Assembly (NCBI RefSeq): GCF_009914755.1
Contig: NC_060937.1
DNA: 64,000 nucleotides
Reading direction: 5' to 3' (one strand)
From: the human T2T-CHM13v2.0 reference genome, Homo sapiens
Both the position numbers and the translations under genes were made by a program. Positions within the stretch are counted from its first letter, which is position 1. Each line of letters opens with the position of its first letter. The notes below the pieces were generated by a model. It searched no databases. It was not told the DNA's origin and saw nothing but the letters and a program-made list of their open reading frames with translations. Below, in pieces: positions 1 to 19,640 of the stretch.

Positions 1-809
1 ATCATTTTCTAAAGCTCCTCCAACTCCTATACACAGTAAGGGAGGAAAAGATAGTGTTTTTCTTACAACTCTTTATTCTTTCATTCAATTAACATTTCTT
101 TTAGCCAAAGTGGCAGAATCAACGATAAAGAAAGTGCAGTCCTGACCTCTGTGTGGTGGCAAAACCAGACACACTAACAGATAACTACAAAACAAAGAAG
201 TAGAAGAATTCACATAACCTAGTGTGGGATTTTTTTTTTCTTTCTTTTTTTTTTCTTGTGCAACCTAGTGCAGGATTTTAATCCAATAAAAACATCCATT
301 TTTCTGTAAGAAAATGAATGTATTTTCCTCCTAAAAGAAAAGGTATGGGAGATTAGGCTCTGTTTTATTCCTCTTATTTCTTTTAAATCATAAAGTTCCG
401 CAAAAATTTTATTTTAGTTTTTAATCTATTTTCTCAAGAAGTGAAAACAGAGGGTTCACATTTACTTAATATTCTAGCATGCAATTATAATTTTGAAAGA
501 CAGGTTATATTTCCATGATGTTGTCCTTTAAACTTTTAAGTGACCTGTAAAAAATAAATAAGACATTTAAGAATGAACCCAGTAATCACAGATAAAAATA
601 ACCAAACCAACTACATGTATATACACAGTGTCTCCTTTTCAGAATTAAAATTTTAGAATAAAAAATTTCAGGTCACACAACAGAAACTTTAGAAAATATG
701 TAGTGAGAAATAAAAGATAAAAAAACCCCATAAACTTTATTGATAAGACTTTCTAGTCTAGCATAATAAAGTGCTAGTGGACTTAAAGCAACCTAGTTCA
801 ATACAGTAT

Positions 810-878
810 TTTTTAAAAAAACAAGGTCTGGTTCTGTTGTTCAGGCTGGAGTGCTCTGGCATGATCTCAGCTCACTGA
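810..878 (-). mobile_element. Short Alu fragment
   Basis: caggctggagtgctctggcatgatctcagctcactg matches the Alu 3' end in antisense orientation. Confidence 0.65.
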
Positions 879-1202
879 AACATATAATATTTTCTTATTA
901 TGAAACTCCTACTTCGGTCATTATGACAAAGAATCAAGCTGTCCAACTAATAATCAACAATAGTCACAAATATCCCTCAATGAAATTCAGCTGACTAAAT
1001 TTGTATTCAGTGATTTCCTTTTCCAATTTTAAACACCTAATGTTTTCTCCTATACCCCACTTCAAAAATAAAACATACTCATTCCTTTCTCTCATACTTT
1101 AGCAAAAGTTAACATGGTAAACTCACTGAGGGAAGGGTCTCATAGTACATTGTAAGTATTCAGTAAGTATCCACAGTTGATGAATAACCGTGACTGTTTT
1201 GA

Positions 1203-1531
<329 letters not shown>

Positions 1532-1860
1532 CCCTCACCCTGGATATTTTTTAATGTATTTTATCTGTTCTAATGTTTTGCTTGAACGGCCTCTTGTCTA
1601 CCACACAGCTAACTTATCTCTAAACAGCAGCTCTGAGCCCATAACCCTTTTCCTTCTATGGCTCCTCAGGGCCCTTTTTCTCTGTCCTGATAACTCCTAT
1701 CAATGCTTCAAAGTCCAACTTGGCTATCTCTTTCCATGACTCCCCTGGTCTTGGTGGTGCCTCTCCTGTGTTTTCCACTGCACCCAGACTTTACTTCTAC
1801 GCCAGAATGTACCATAATGTATTATACTCATCTGATCAGTTGCCTGCTTCCCATCCAGAT

Positions 1861-2700
1861 CAGTGGTTCTCAAACTTTTTGATCTCAGGACCCTTTTATA
1901 CTCTTAAAAATTACTGAGGCTGGGTGCAGTGGCTCATGTCTATAATCCTAGCACTTTGAGAGGCTGAGTCCAGAGGATCATCTCAGCTCAAGAGTTCAAC
2001 TACAGCCTGGGAAACATGGAGAGACCCTGTCTTTACAAAAAATAAAACTTAGCCAGATGTGGTGGCATGTGCCTGTGGTCCCAGCTACTTAGGAGGCTGA
2101 GGCAGGAGGATTGCTTGAGCCCAGGAGGTCAAGGCTGCAGTGAGCTGTGTTCACACCACTGTACTCCAGCCTGGACAACACAGCAAGACTCTGAACCTTA
2201 AACAAAAAAAATTATTGAGAACCCCAAAGAGCTTTTTTGTGTGTGGAGTGTATCTATCAATATCTTTAAAACTTAAAATAGATGGTGCATGGGTAAATTG
2301 TATGGAAAAAACCTAAAATTGAAATTTAAAAATATTAATTCACTTAAAAATAATGATAAATTCATTACTTATTTACATATGTTTATGAAAAGTATGTTTT
2401 CCAAAATATTAAAAAAAAGAAGAGGGGCTTTTTTTTTTTTTTTTAACATTTTTGCAAATCTCTTTAATGTCTATCTAGAGAAAAGCTGGATTCTCATATC
2501 TGCTTCTGCTTTCTTTTTATGATACCCTACGTCTTACAGCCTCTCGAAAACTCTACTGTACACTTGTGAGAGAATGAGAGTGAAAAAGAAAAGGCAAACA
2601 ATGACTTGATATTCCTATGAAAATAGTTTTGACCTTGCAGATTCTTTAAAGGGTCTCAAAGATCCCTAGGACTCTAGATCATGCCTCCAGAAACTTTGCT
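1861..2700. mobile_element. hAT-Charlie DNA transposon (Charlie1-like), interrupted by an Alu
   Basis: Starts with cagtggttctcaaactttt (Charlie-type terminus) and resumes after the Alu at accccaaagagctttt. Family assigned from recalled consensus. Confidence 0.65.
1918..2210 (+). mobile_element. Alu (J-like)
   Basis: Alu dimer with target-site duplication (TSD) aaaaatta(c/t)tgag on both sides. Confidence 0.9.
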
Positions 2701-2940
2701 CCAAACAGTAAGCTCCTTGAAGGCCATAGTAGCCTTTTTCTTTGTAACCTCAGAATCTGAAATGGTGCATGATCTCTAACAAGTATGCAAGAAATGCTTT
2801 CTGAGTGCATGAACAAATGAACAAATAAATGGGTGAATGAACAAATAATTAAACTCAGGCTGCCTTCTAATCCATCCATTGATTATGAGTTTACACAAAA
2901 TATTTAAAAATGAGAGTTTTGAAACAATAATTAAATATCA

Positions 2941-3087
<147 letters not shown>

Positions 3088-3734
3088 TTAAAGAAATCAT
3101 TCAATAATCTCATAAAACAATTGGAGTATTTAAAAAAATCTTTTAAAACAATGGCAAAAGAGAGCAGAAACTTCTCACTGTTTTAATGCCATCATCTGGT
3201 TATGGCAAAGGCTAAATCAATCATTCCCATGAGAAAAAAGAAATTTCTAAAAATAAAGGTTATATGGCTGGTGAAGCTGGGTGATAGATACATAGGGGTT
3301 CATTGTACTATGCTTTCTACTTTCATATCTGGAAATTTCCATAATGGAAAAATTTTTCAAAAATAAATCAACCTCAATCCTCAAATATACATTCTTAAGT
3401 TACTGCAAATCCCATATGAAAAAGGAATAAACTTTAATGACGGGTCAGACTCTGATTTTTAAAATACATATGAAAATATTCTTCTGTTCCATCAGCTCCC
3501 TAGAGATCCAGAAATACCAGTCAACCCACATATACGACCAAAGTCTCTTCTTCCACCCTGAGTGGACAGGATGCCAAAAGGCCTTGCTTTACCTTAAAGA
3601 AAAAGAAACACTGAAGATACACCAACTACCCCACAAAACCCATCATCCCAATTCTCATCAGTGTGTCAAGAACTATTAAAATAGAACTACACTGCCCTTT
3701 TCAAAAAAGATTCCAGGTGGACAGAACTGATTTA

Positions 3735-4007
<273 letters not shown>

Positions 4008-5324
4008 TTATCATCAGCTATTAATGTACATTGAGATTTTTCCATCAAAAGATAAACTCAAAATTGTCACAGTAAAATCATGATGCATTTAGTAAGAGTA
4101 TTATTTTATAGCTAGAAAAAATGAAGAAATTTCACAAAATGTCTCAAGCCAGAGGTAGTCAGAGATAACCTAACAAAAAGACTAGACAACAAACAAGTTT
4201 CTCATATATTTAGATATAATCTCAGTTTCCTGAACCTAGCATATGACATATACATATAATATTCAGCACTGCTTAAAAGCAACTGTTCTGTTTACACATA
4301 ATAAAAATAAGACATTTTCTATCACATGTGGCAGAATTACACATTCTTTACCCTCTATAAGGGACAGAACCTATCTTCCACAGTGCATTTATAATATACA
4401 GCTTTCAGTAAAAAATAAAGACCCATTTATGAGTTAATAAGGTTAACAGTAAAAAATCCAGTGGTAATTCAAACATAATCAAATTAGCAAGATTTGTATC
4501 ATTTTAATGCGTTAGCTTATATAAAATAGTAATAGTGATGAAAGAACCAGTACAGAATAAAAACTAAACTTCAGTTACTTCTTAGTTTTGAAAACAAACA
4601 TAAAAGTATTCTATAAAAAGAAATCAGTGAAGAATAAAAATTATTCAAAGAATCCAACTCTCTAGTCTTAAAAACTAATGGGTTCTTAAATAATTATTTT
4701 CTTCCAGAATTTTTAATAGAGTTTAAATACATAGCTCACACTAAATTTTTTGCATAATACCTGGTGATTCCTTAAGAGGAATTCTGATCCAATTGCTACT
4801 TTGGTTTGACAAGCTTCTGGGGATTTAGGCTTTGAAAACTATGTGTATGTCAAAGTTTCATAAACTCCAAATTCAGAAACTGTCCAAATGCTTTTCTAGC
4901 TATAGAATTTTAACACAGATCAACCAGGAATCACTAAAATTTGAAACACTAGTTTTACAAAAATATTTTTTTGCTTTGTTAGGGAGCCCTCAACTTTGCA
5001 TGAGGTTGAGATTTTAAAAACCATGAAAACGACCAATTGATGCTATAGGCATAACCAGAGCAAAGTTCTTATTTCTCCGATGCCTTTTTCCATGCTCTCT
5101 GAGAGGGCCATCCTGTAATGCCATTAATGTGGCCACCTCCTATAGGAGTTAATTTCTAACATTAGCAGCTGTTTATAGCTACTGTACGATATTTATAAAC
5201 TTCACCTCCTCATGACATTACTCCTTTAATTAATTTCTCTCTTTCCTGTATCTCTTTGTCTACTGGCTCTTTCCCCTCGGTATACAAATATACTTTAATC
5301 TGCCACATTACAAAAATCCCTTAA

Positions 5325-6715
5325 GGAAAGAACAGTCTCTTCAATAAATGTTGCTGGAAAAACTGGATAGCCATATGCAGAAGAATGAAACTAGATGCTG
5401 ATCTCTCACCATTTACAAACATCAAAATGGATTAAAGACCATATACAAAAATAAAATCAAAATAGGTTAAAAACCTCAAACTATGAAACTGCTAGAAGAA
5501 AACACTGGGGAAATGCTACAGGACATCAGTCCAGGCAGATTTTTTTTGTGTAAGACCTCAAAAGCACAGGCAACCAAAGCAAAAACAGATAAATAGATTA
5601 TATCAAACTAAAAAGCTTCTGCACAGCAAAGGAAACAACAAAGAGACACCCCCACAATGGGAGAAAATATATGCAAAATATCCATCTGACAAGGGATTAG
5701 TAACCAGAACACATAAGCAGCTCAAGCAACTCAATAGCAAAAAGACAAATAATCCAATTTTAAAATGGGCAAAAGGTCAAAATAGACATTTCTCAAAAGA
5801 AGACATACAAATGTCCAATAGATACATGAAAAAATGCTCAACATCACTAATCATTAGAGAAATTCAAGTTAAAACCAAAATGAGATCATCTCGCTCCAAT
5901 TAAAATGGCTTTCATCAAAAAGATAGCTAATAATAGATGATGGTCAGGTATGGAAAAAGGGGAATGCTCCTATACTGTTGGTGGGAGCCACTGTGGAAAA
6001 CTGTGTGGAGGTTCCTCAAAAAACTAAAAGCAGATCTACCATATGATCCAGCAATTCCACTACCGGGAATATATACAAAAAAAAAAAAGGAAATCGATAT
6101 GTCGAAGAATTATTTGCACTCCTGTGTTTATCACAGCACTATTCACAACAGCCAAAATACAAAATCAACCTAAGTGCCCAACAATGGATGAATGGAAAAA
6201 GAAAATGTGGTATATATACAAAACGGAATACTATTCAGCCATAAAAAGAATAAAATCGTGTCATTTATAGCAACATGGATGGAGGTGGAGGTCGTTATGT
6301 CAAATGAAATACACCAAGCACAAAAAGACACATATCACATGTTTTCATTCATTTGTGGGAGCTAAGAAAGGATCTCATGAAGACAGAATAGACTGGTGGT
6401 TACCAGAGGCTGGGAAGGGTAGGGGTCAAGGGAGAATTAAGAGAGGCTGATTAATGAGCACAGCTTGATAGATCAGTAGGGTGACCATAGTTTACAATAG
6501 TCTCTTGTATATTTCAAAATAACTAGAAGAGAATAATTTGAATGTTCTTAGCATGAAGACAAATGTTAAAGGTGGTGGATATCCCATTTATACTGATTGG
6601 ATCTTTACAAATTATGTGAATGTATTAAATTATCACGAGCCCCAAAAGTATGTACATCTGTTATGTATCAATTCAAAAACACAAAAAATGTTTAAAAAAC
6701 AGATAAAATTGAGAC
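5325..6715 (+). mobile_element. 5'-truncated old L1 (L1MA/L1PB-like), ORF2 end plus 3'UTR
   Basis: Degenerate ORF2 C-terminal peptides (PLWKTVWRFLKKLK, PYDPAIPL, WYIY..EYYSAIK) and an A-rich end. Confidence 0.88.
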
Positions 6716-7612
6716 AAAAAAATTCCTTCACTTGACTCTACAAATCCTCTAGCTACTATTCACCTCTCCTTCCTCTCACAGCCAACCTTCAATGGTTTAT
6801 GCTATTTCTTCCTCATAAGCTACCACATGACTTTAGTCTTCACCAATTCACTAAAAATACTTCATTTACTAACCTAATGGTCACTCTTCAGTTGCACCTC
6901 CTTCACTTCTCTCTGACCTTTGATGCTGCTGATACATGGTATTCATTCCCCTCTTCTTGAAACCCTGACACTGCTCTTTTCCTGACACTTCTGCTCTCTG
7001 GCTATGTTCACTGCCTCAGATCTCCTCTTTCCTCTGCCCTTTATATTCCCAAAGCAATTCTAAACCTTTCCCTTTACAAAACTCCTGAACAAACTCATCC
7101 ATACCCAGATCATCAACCACCCTTTATATCTCACAATTTTACACTCACACTCTATCTGAAGCTCCAGGCCTCTATTTTGAATTAGCTGCTGAGTATTTAC
7201 TGAAACACATTTTGTTTCTATTTAAGCCTGCTCCTTTCTCTATTTCCAATATCAGTTCCCTGTACCCTGTATAATAAAGAATTTAGCTGGCCTTTGTCTC
7301 CAGTCCCTGGAAAATAGCCTCTAAATCCTTGGAATTACCCTAGCGACAGGATTATTGTTGTTATCACAATAGGCCCTGAAATTTTATGCTAATGAGGTGA
7401 CTCATGGTGGCCCCCTATATAGTTTATGCCAACAAGACTACTCAGGATGGGGGATGACCATGCCAGGAAAACCAACCATGTGATTAGAGAGCTGGGGCTT
7501 TGAGCCATGTGGTATCAACTCAACCTCTGGGAAGAGGAAGAGAACAAGAGATTAAGAACCATGGGCAATCATTCAATTGATCACGTGAGCTTCCTTAACT
7601 GGCAATATTCTG

Positions 7613-8049
7613 TGTATTTCTCTCAGTCCATTTGTGTTGCTACAAAGAAATACCTGAGGCTGGGTAATTTTAAAGAAAAAAAGGTTTATTTGGCTCACAG
7701 TTCTGCAGGCTGTACGGGAAGCATGGTGCCTGCACCCATTCAGCTTCTAGTGATGGCCTCATGCTGCTTCCACTTACAGAGTAAGGTGAAAAGGAGCCAG
7801 CAGCATGCAGAACTCACATGGCAAGAACAGAAACAAGAGAAAGGGGAAACAGCCAGTTCTCATGAGAATGAACAGAGTAAGAACTTGCTCATTACCATGA
7901 GGCTGGCACCATGCCATTCATGAGGGATCTGCCCCCATGGCCCAAACTCCTCCCATCAGGCACCACCTCCCAACACTACCACATCAAGAATCAAATTTCA
8001 ACATGAGATTTGGTGGGACAAATATCCAAACTATATCCAAACTATAACA
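7613..8049 (-). mobile_element. MST-type MaLR solo LTR
   Basis: Contains aaagaaatacctgaggctgggtaattt...caacatgagatttgg...atccaaactata, the antisense MST pattern. Confidence 0.8.
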
Positions 8050-8246
8050 GTACTATCACATGTCCATGTGATGCAACAATCTCCATATTGTCACACATCC
8101 AGGAGAGCAAAGCATCCTGACTCCAGGAAGAGAGGGCGAAAGAAGCGTCACCTTCAGCATCCTTCTAGATCTCGCCCTGTAAGTTTCTCCTTTTGGCTGA
8201 TTCTGATTTACATCCTTTGGCTATAATAACACTGTCATCGTAAGTA

Positions 8247-8657
8247 CAGCTGCTCCCTGAATAACTCAGGGGTTGGGGCACCAATCCCCCACACTGTCAA
8301 AAATCTGCATATAACGTTTGATTCCCAAAAAAAAAAAAATCATTGAATAGCCTATTATTGATTTGAAGACTTGCTGATAACAAAAATTGTAAACACATAT
8401 TTTGTATATGTATTGTATATGGTATTCTTACAATAAAGCTAGAAAAAAGAAAACATTATTAAGAAAATTATGAGAAAATATATTTATTATTCATTAAATG
8501 GAAGTGTATCACCTTAAAGGTCTTCACCTTGGATAGGCTAAGGAGGAGAAGGAAAAGGAGGGGCTGTCTTGTTGTCTCTGGGGCAGCAGAGGCAGAAGAA
8601 AAGCCATGTGTAAGGGGACCCACGATGTTCATGCCTATGTCGTCCTGGGCTCGACTG
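8247..8657. mobile_element. Tigger2a-like (TcMar) DNA element
   Basis: Degenerate terminal inverted repeats (cagctgctccctgaataac / gtcgtcctgggctcgactg), flanked by TA on both sides. Confidence 0.75.
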
Positions 8658-10699
8658 TAAGGCTTCCCTAAGTTCTGTGAGTCATTCTAGAGAATTATCA
8701 AACCTAAGAGGGTAGTGGGAACTCCTGAATTTGTAGCCAGCTGGTCATAAGAGTGACCTGGGGACCCCCAAGTTTGTAGCTAGTGTCTGAAGTGAGGGCA
8801 GTCTTGTGGAAAACTGTGCTCTCAACCTGTGAAGTTTGGCCCTACTCTGGGTAGGTGATGTCAGAAGTCATTCAATTCAAGCCTGGAATCTGGGAGTCAT
8901 ACAACTTGTCTCTCTCCCGCATCCCTGTAAACAATCAGTCACTGATACCTTCTAAACATCTCTCACAAATCCATTCATTTTTCACTAACCAAAAAGCCCA
9001 TGACTTTCTGCAGGCATTTGTCCTCATTGTTTGGCTAGATTATTTCAACAACCTCCTGATCAGATTACTTTTTCATATCCATCTATGTCCATCCCCAACC
9101 TGTCCTCCATACTGCTACAGAAAAGAGATCTTCCTACACTTGCAAATCACCCTTCTACTAAAAACTCTTCAATGGCTCACTGACATCTTTAGCATGGCAT
9201 GCAGGGCTCTTTGTGAGAAGTAGGTCACACCAACCATTCCAGCAGTGTCTTTTGTTACTATGTCCCATATAAACACTCTATACTTCCAGCCACACTGAAC
9301 TACACAAGATTCCTCACATATACTATGTTCTCTTACACTTTTCATGTGTTTGTACCTGATATCCACTCTGCCTTAGAGCCTTTCTTCATCACATCTGCCT
9401 GTTTAACTTCTATTCATCTTTCAAGTCTCAGCTCAGGGTCACCTGCTCTGGGAGGCCATCCCTGATATTATTCTCCACAGCAGACTAAGTCCCTCTTCCT
9501 CTCTTCTGCCATAGCAGTGTGTTCATTACTCTATCAGACACTAGTCACACTGTCCTCAACAAATACTGCACTTACCACATGGCCTCCATTAAATACATGC
9601 TTAATCACCCAAAGACCATGAGCTTCTTGGGGGCTATTATTCACTCATTTTGGTATCCTCTGCACTTAGCCTATCATGTGACACAAGGTAAATACTCAAT
9701 AAATATGTATTTACCCAGTGTAAATTTATCCAATGCTTACTAAGTACTAGGCCCTGAGGAAAAAAAGTCGAATCTGTCAGGAATCACATATAAATCCTCA
9801 AGAGACTTTTAATCTATTAGAAAATATGGATAAATTATGGTGCAGTCTGAGAAGTGCTAAGATAGGCTGGATGATAAATGGATAGATGAACAGAGTCTCA
9901 ATGTAAGAGTGATTCAAGCATATGTTTATATACTTCAGCACTGAAAATACAGTAGTCTATTTCTTGGGCATCTCCTTATTTTCTAAGTACAATTTTAAAT
10001 GTTGCCTTTATAAAAATCATATAATCTGATCTTAAAACTTGTAAAGAAGGACCTCAATATTATTCTGTTAGAGAAAAGTTCATCCCAGAGATAACGTATT
10101 TTTGAAAAGGCACTTAATATGTCCATCTTTTACCTCTCTCACAAGCTTCAGCCCTGTATTTCTAACTTGGTGCATTTCCACATTAATATTATACCAAAAT
10201 TTAAAACTCAAAAATAATTCCTTATCTCTTTCCCCAGAAGCACCCCCTGCTCCTACTGAACTTTCAACATCAAGAACAATAAACCAGTGTCTTTCTCCCT
10301 TCCTGAGCTCCACATTTATGTTATCATCACTATTTTGCCATAGGCAAAAGCCAATTATCTTTGCCCCTGCCTTCTTGACACATATATTACATCCAAAAGG
10401 TTACCAACTTCCTTCATTAAATATCACTAGCATCTGTCCTTCCATTCCTAATTCATAATCACCATCCCAATTCAGGCTCTTTGAATTTTAAGCCTAAACT
10501 ACTGCCAATCACTTCTGAACGTGCTCTTTGCCTCCCGTCTTTCTGTGCTCATTGCAACCAGGTTGTTTTTCCCAACTCACTAATTTAACTATGCTACCTA
10601 CCTGCTCAAAGAGGTCTCCCAAACACCTACAGAAAAAGAATCGAACTCCTAGGAAATACAATCTGGCCTCAACCTACCTTCCCATTTGAATCTTCCACT

Positions 10700-10920
10700 A
10701 ATTTATATTTTCAACATTTACATAGTTCTAAGGCCTCATTAATTCATTTTAACCTCACTATATCCTATGAGATAACCATTATTATTCCCATTTTATAGAT
10801 AAGGAAACTGAGTCATGGAGATGTTTCATAACTTGCTCAAGATCACAGAATAAGTGGAAAGGGCTTGAATTCACATGTACCCAGTCTGGATCCAGGATCT
10901 GTACCCCTTACCAATATTCT
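10700..10920 (-). mobile_element. MIR
   Basis: Core motif cccattttatagataaggaaactgag...aacttgctcaagatcacag. Confidence 0.75.
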
Positions 10921-11606
10921 ATGCTGCCTTCCTTACAAAACTTCAATGCATCTATTTCCCAAAAACACTTACACTTTCTCACTATATTCCACTGCCCACA
11001 TCATTCATCCCCCTCTAAGTTCCTACATCTCCAAAATGTCTCCTCCAACATAGCGAAATCCTCACAACCCTACAAATTGTAGCTTGAATCCCACGTCCTC
11101 AAGCATAAAGCCTTCTTTAATCATGTCATTTTTGTGCTTTGCTGAGCTTTCCAAGCACATGTGGACTGTACCACCCATTAGGCTCTGCTAGTGCCTAACA
11201 CTGAAAGCTATATGTAACTGCCCAACTCTCCATTTAGGATGTCTCATAGCTCAGGGACTATGTCTTGAAAAACAAGGAACCCTGTTTATAACAGGGCTAA
11301 ATAAGTGCTTGACGGATAAAGGAATGGTATCACACAATGCAGGAGAAAGTGTGCCGCAGAAAGGCACATATAAACCTAAGAAGCTGACACACATTGAATT
11401 TTAAATTTTCTAAAGGTCTATTATGGTTGTCACAACCTATTTGGACTTCAATTTTCTAGTATGCCAAATAGTGGGGATTTGAGATGATCTCAAAGACTCA
11501 TTCCAGTTCTGAAATTCTGGAATTTACATTTTGAGACCAATTTTAGAAGCTTGAAAAATTTCTGAGGTCTCCTTATTTTCATGTATTCTTTAAAATACAT
11601 TTATCA

Positions 11607-11921
<315 letters not shown>

Positions 11922-12133
11922 TCAGTAAATAATCTATTCTCACAAATCCCTAAAAAATTCAGACATAACCTTTTAAAAAAACGTAATAGTTCTATTCAAG
12001 AATTTTATTCTACTGTTGCAGAAAAAAATTATTTGGTCAGGAAAAAGATTCTTTAGAAATATATCTTTATTTTCTTAATCCAGTTTGCCAATAAATACTA
12101 CAAAAGCACAGGAAGGACAAAATAAATTGATAA

Positions 12134-12460
<327 letters not shown>

Positions 12461-12924
12461 AAGAAGTAGTTTTTTAAAACACAGCTAAAGACCTCTTTTT
12501 AGAAAAAACATTTGTTTTCAAGTCAGTGACAAGTAAAACAAAATAATTAACCATCAGTGAGAAATATTCCAACTTTTGAAAACTGTTTGATCACACCTTT
12601 CTTCTATAAGACCATATATTATTTCTGCTTAATCTGCTTAACTTTTTATTTACAGAACCATACATCCAGAAAATTCTTAAAACTAATCTCTAGCTCAGCA
12701 TCCCTGAGTGAAGTGACCTAAAGACTATATAGTTTCAACACTCCAAGCCCATCTCTCCTGCTATGCAGATGTAACACATCACAACTACAAATTCAAATCC
12801 AGGTGTTTTGGGTGTACATAAACTTCTCCCAACCTTTTCAAAATGGGTTAAATACATCAAAAACTACAGCAATGCTGCCTTTCATTCCAGTGCCAAGTAG
12901 CATTCTTATATCAAAACCAATTTA

Positions 12925-13155
<231 letters not shown>

Positions 13156-13410
13156 TTATTCTAATTCTTACTGCATAAAAAGATCAGTGAAAACATTAGT
13201 TATTAATGAGGACATGTCATTGAATTAACAACTTGTCAGTTACACATCAACTTCAAACTAACATGTAAAATGTCCTTGGTTATATTCGACAGAACTGTCT
13301 CATCAATTCTATACTTTCATATTATAGATGTGGTCATAATCAGATTAATGAATAACAAGAGAAAACTCACACACCAAGACAACCTATAATTTGTGTTCTC
13401 CTCTACTTTA

Positions 13411-13593
<183 letters not shown>

Positions 13594-15904
13594 TCAGTAA
13601 TGGATAATTTAGTTAACATCATTACGCTTTGAAAACATTATAATGCCATCACTTTCTAAATAATTTTTATTATTTTAAGGTAGTATTTTCTGATTACTCA
13701 AATGCCATTCTCCTCTATTTAATTCATCAGAAATACATGAACTGGTCAACTTTATTAAAAACTTCAAATCTACATTCTTGCAGGAACAGTTGCATGCAGG
13801 TAAGACTAAACTGATCCTTGCTAGATCCCAAAAGACTGGGAAAGCCTACCTTTGAACTGGTAGACGCAGAGGATTTCCACCACTACTAGAAAACATTTTG
13901 AATATTAATGTGGAAGGATCTTTTTAAATAGTATTAAGACCATTAAAGCAATATGCTTTACCCCAAATTCTTCATTTAATAATATAGTTGTTTTAAAAGA
14001 AATTTTATGCTATGGTTTCTATGGGGTTCTGCCAAGATTCACACAGCTTTGACGAGCTTTAAATGAAATTCACTTATTTGCCAGAGACAGTCCAACTATG
14101 GAAATACTTCAGCAAGCACAGCCAAGTGCCTCCCCAGAGCTTTAGCCCCAGTTACTGCCTAGAGTAAAAACAAAACAAGAAAATGGTCAAAATGAGTCAA
14201 TCTCCTAAACTTCAACCGGAAAAGAGACAAGAGAACAAGACAAACTTCTCCAATCCCACTTCTGAGATAGTCAAAAGGCTCAATCATAAGTGCTGGAGGA
14301 AACTAAATGGCTCCCTTGGACAGATGCTCTGGTTCCTTCAAGCCACTAGGTAAGTGACCAAACAGTATTCTGGTACTTCACCCAAAAAAATAAATTATTT
14401 CTGGGCAGTATGGCGGTAGCATTAAATTTATTAGTAAATTTTCCCGAAGATTCTTGCATTCCAGATGACAGATATCAATACTGACAATATTAAAAGGAGT
14501 AAATTTTTGGCACCTACACAAGAAACATAACATCAACAAACTTAAGCTTAGGCTAGAGTCAAATTTTATAGTACAGATAGGCCAAGGCTACCAAGTCATA
14601 TTCAAACAAATCACTAGGAACATTCTGTAATCATTTAAAAACTATTCTAGAAACGTATCAACGAAAGAATACAACAGAAACTGACATATCTGGAGCTTGA
14701 GCCTTCATATGGCACTGTAATTTACACTTATCAAGTTAAAATTAAAATTTCATTTTAATATGAATGTCCAAGTGGCTGGAAAGAACTTAATAAACACTAC
14801 CTCAGGAGAAAGAAAAAGCTGCATGCCTATCTGAAAGTAATAGGAGTATCATAGGATTTTAAAAACAGTAAATATTTGGGCATCTTCTACGTGCAATACA
14901 TGCTATTGTGCATTAGGTTTTAGAGCAGTGAATGAAAATACATTATCTGCCCTCATCAAGCATCTAGTCTAGTGGGGGAAACGAGTAACAAGTAAATAAA
15001 GCAAAAACACACATAAACTGTGAAGTGCTGTGAAAAAACCTGAGTAGCCAGTATAATAAAATGTATTGCGCAGAAGAAAGAGGTTGAAGATATGGGCAGA
15101 GGTGAGTTTGGATTTCTTCTGGCTCCTATAGAGGACGGGGTAGAGGAGGAGAATCAAAGAACTAAAAGCCTCTCACTACACTGAAGAAGAAGTGTGTGTA
15201 TAGGCCAGTTAAATGACCTGCCCGAGAACCCAAAGTTTCTCAGTGGTACACATGAGACTTGAATACCGATCGAGGACTACAAAAAAGATTCTGGAAACGT
15301 TTTCAAATCAAAATGGTGAGGTTATAAAAAACAGACATAGGAAAACTAAAATTAATTTGGTTATGCCAGGAAATCAGTAAAATGGGTGACAGTTATTCTT
15401 CATAAAAAATACTTAAATTAGAATACAGACATCAAATATAAACAGCTAGATTAAATGCAATACCTAAAGGAAACTATTAGTTAAAGGAAATAAAGCTAAC
15501 CTCTCCAAGATATTACTAAGTGTACATAAATACTACTAACTGCAATGTCACTGAAATGATCTTAGAATTCTTTCCTTAGATTTTCATATGAGTTGACTAA
15601 GGTCAACATTAGCAAGAATTTGATTTTTAGCATGAAGGTTGATATACTTTTTTTCTCATGAAAGCAAAATATTTTAGCTTCTTTTTACTAACATCAAAAT
15701 TTCCCATATCAAGAAAGCTTTGTTACTCATCTTTCATTAGTGTTGGATAATCTTCTATTTGAGGAAAATTAGGCTCAAAGTGACTAACCAAATATTACAG
15801 AGCCAATTAATGATATAGTTTGCCCTAAAATGCAAATGTTTCTTACATTTTACTATGCAACCTCTCACACTGGCAGATTAAGTAAAACATGATCAGTTAC
15901 TAGC

Positions 15905-16210
15905 TCTGGGTCTTGCATTTTAAGAGAAATACTGATAAATTACACCCAGGGAAGAATAATCAAGATGATAAAGGGTTCAAAACCCATGTCATATGGAGGA
16001 AGACCAAGGAAACTAGAGACATTTAAGCTGAAGAAGTAAATTCTAATGGGGCAATACAACCAACAGGCCTACTAGGTATTAAGCCAAAAAAAAAAAAAGC
16101 AAGGGCCAGTAACAAAAGAGATAGATTTCAGATCAGCAAAAGAAAGAATTTTCTAACAATAGATTCTGTCCAACAGACGAATCAACTCATTAGGTAGTAA
16201 GCTACCACGC
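15905..16210 (+). mobile_element. Ancient CR1/L3 LINE remnant
   Basis: aaacccatgtcatatggaggaag...ggaaactagagacatttaagctgaagaag and aagaattttctaacaatag resemble the L3 3' end. Confidence 0.5.
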
Positions 16211-16392
16211 ATCGGAAATTACTGGCCAATTAGTAATAAAAATCACTGGGTCATAGTCACACGGATGTCTAAGCTTAATTATAGCTGATCTTTTTCCTGT
16301 AAAGCCACTGCCTCTCACTTGCCTAATTTATTCATCTGTTGCCTGATTTCAATGGCCCAAGGAAAGTGCAAAATTTCTTGGAAATCTCATTA

Positions 16393-19335
<2,943 letters not shown>

Positions 19336-19429
19336 ATTTCTTTTTTTAAAAAGTGATTTTGAATTCTATTTCATATCTGTGTTAGTTCCCCACTTTCATG
19401 TTACAATGATAACTAAAACTCATATACTG

Positions 19430-19640
19430 CCTACACAATGTGCCACGTATTGTTCTAAGCACTGGATATATATTAACTCTCTTATTAATCCTAAAAGTCC
19501 TATGAGGTAGGTACTCTTATTATTTCCATCTCATAGATGAGAAAACCAAGGCACAGAAAAGGTAAGTAAATTGCCCAAGGACACGCAGCTAGATCCTAGG
19601 GAATACAGCTCCAGAATCAGTGCTTTCAACCACTTTGTAC
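19430..19640 (-). mobile_element. MIR
   Basis: Core motif catctcatagatgagaaaaccaaggcacag...ttgcccaagg. Confidence 0.7.

Larger units (their letters stand above)
7261..8875 (+). mobile_element. Solo ERV LTR (MER21/MER68/MER77-like), split by two younger inserts
   Basis: tgtaccctgtataataaagaatttagctggcc... and ...gttctgtgagtcattctagagaattatcaaacc resemble recalled MER21-group LTR consensus. Confidence 0.6.
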
